From Cyanobacteriota bacterium (lineage in GTDB: Bacteria; Cyanobacteriota; Cyanobacteriia; Cyanobacteriales; Xenococcaceae), in the NCBI GenBank assembly GCA_046050865.1, contig JBJOPG010000004.1, positions 1-61,601 on the forward strand: a DNA stretch of 61,601 nucleotides. The letters run 5' to 3'. Below the pieces are notes generated by a model. That model worked only from the letters and a program-made list of their open reading frames with translations. It made no database searches and was not told the DNA's origin. Position numbers and translations under genes: made by a program. Positions 61,443-61,601 of this stretch are shown in pieces; the stretch's first letter is position 1, and every line of letters begins with the position of its first letter.

Positions 61443-61487
61443 GCGGTGCGACCCTGGGGATTATAAATCCGCCAAGAAACGCGCACC
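61443..61487. repeat. 45-nt nested hairpin in the hsp20 5' region
   Basis: GGTGCG/CGCACC outer stem with CCTGG/CCAAG and GGATT/AATCC inner stems. Confidence 0.5.
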
Positions 61488-61601
61488 AAGACGTTGATTA
61501 ATTTAGAGTTTCTGTATGTTTGTCTTGCTTACTCAAAACGCGCTTTCTTTTCGCGCTTCGTTATTTATATATTAATCAGCCAGTAAAAAATCCAGAAGTG
61601 T

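Noticed and set aside
61412-61489. N-terminal extension of Hsp20 in the ORF track
   Set aside because: A strong GAAGGAGA RBS and the canonical MALVRYNPW start are at 61411. The extension runs through a hairpin repeat.

Overview
A 61.6 kb chromosomal window from a cyanobacterium. The evidence is dense HIP1 octamers (GCGATCGC) plus chlB, atpB/atpE, PSRP-3, narM and fibrillin genes, and the gene content suggests a Pleurocapsales-like organism (inference). Most of it is housekeeping and envelope genes: comM, ald, a TetR-devBC unit, rnhA, glycosyltransferases, rodA, atpD/atpC, cysC, uup, leuC, chlB, rplU-rpmA, menG and hsp20. No rRNA, tRNA, CRISPR array or intact transposase was seen. The most interesting signals are not in the ORF track. 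(1) A candidate two-hairpin sRNA (~45356-45446, minus strand) exposes a loop complementary to the start-codon regions of two consecutive genes of an uncharacterised His-rich membrane operon 21 kb away (23015-24558). (2) Tiny structured mobile elements of 21, 24 and 45 nt are conserved in fold and length rather than sequence. Two sit in frame inside hsp20 and others split HIP1 sites. (3) A WecB/TagA glycosyltransferase is fused to two MshEN-like c-di-GMP modules. (4) A catalytically degenerate adenylate cyclase is paired with a cNMP-gated MscS. (5) A HIP1-bracketed HEPN-like/HNH/armless-HU islet is present. (6) aroQ is broken by a microhomology-type deletion, and an unannotated 46-aa ORF lies upstream of it. 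All family assignments come from motif recognition by eye, with no database searches.
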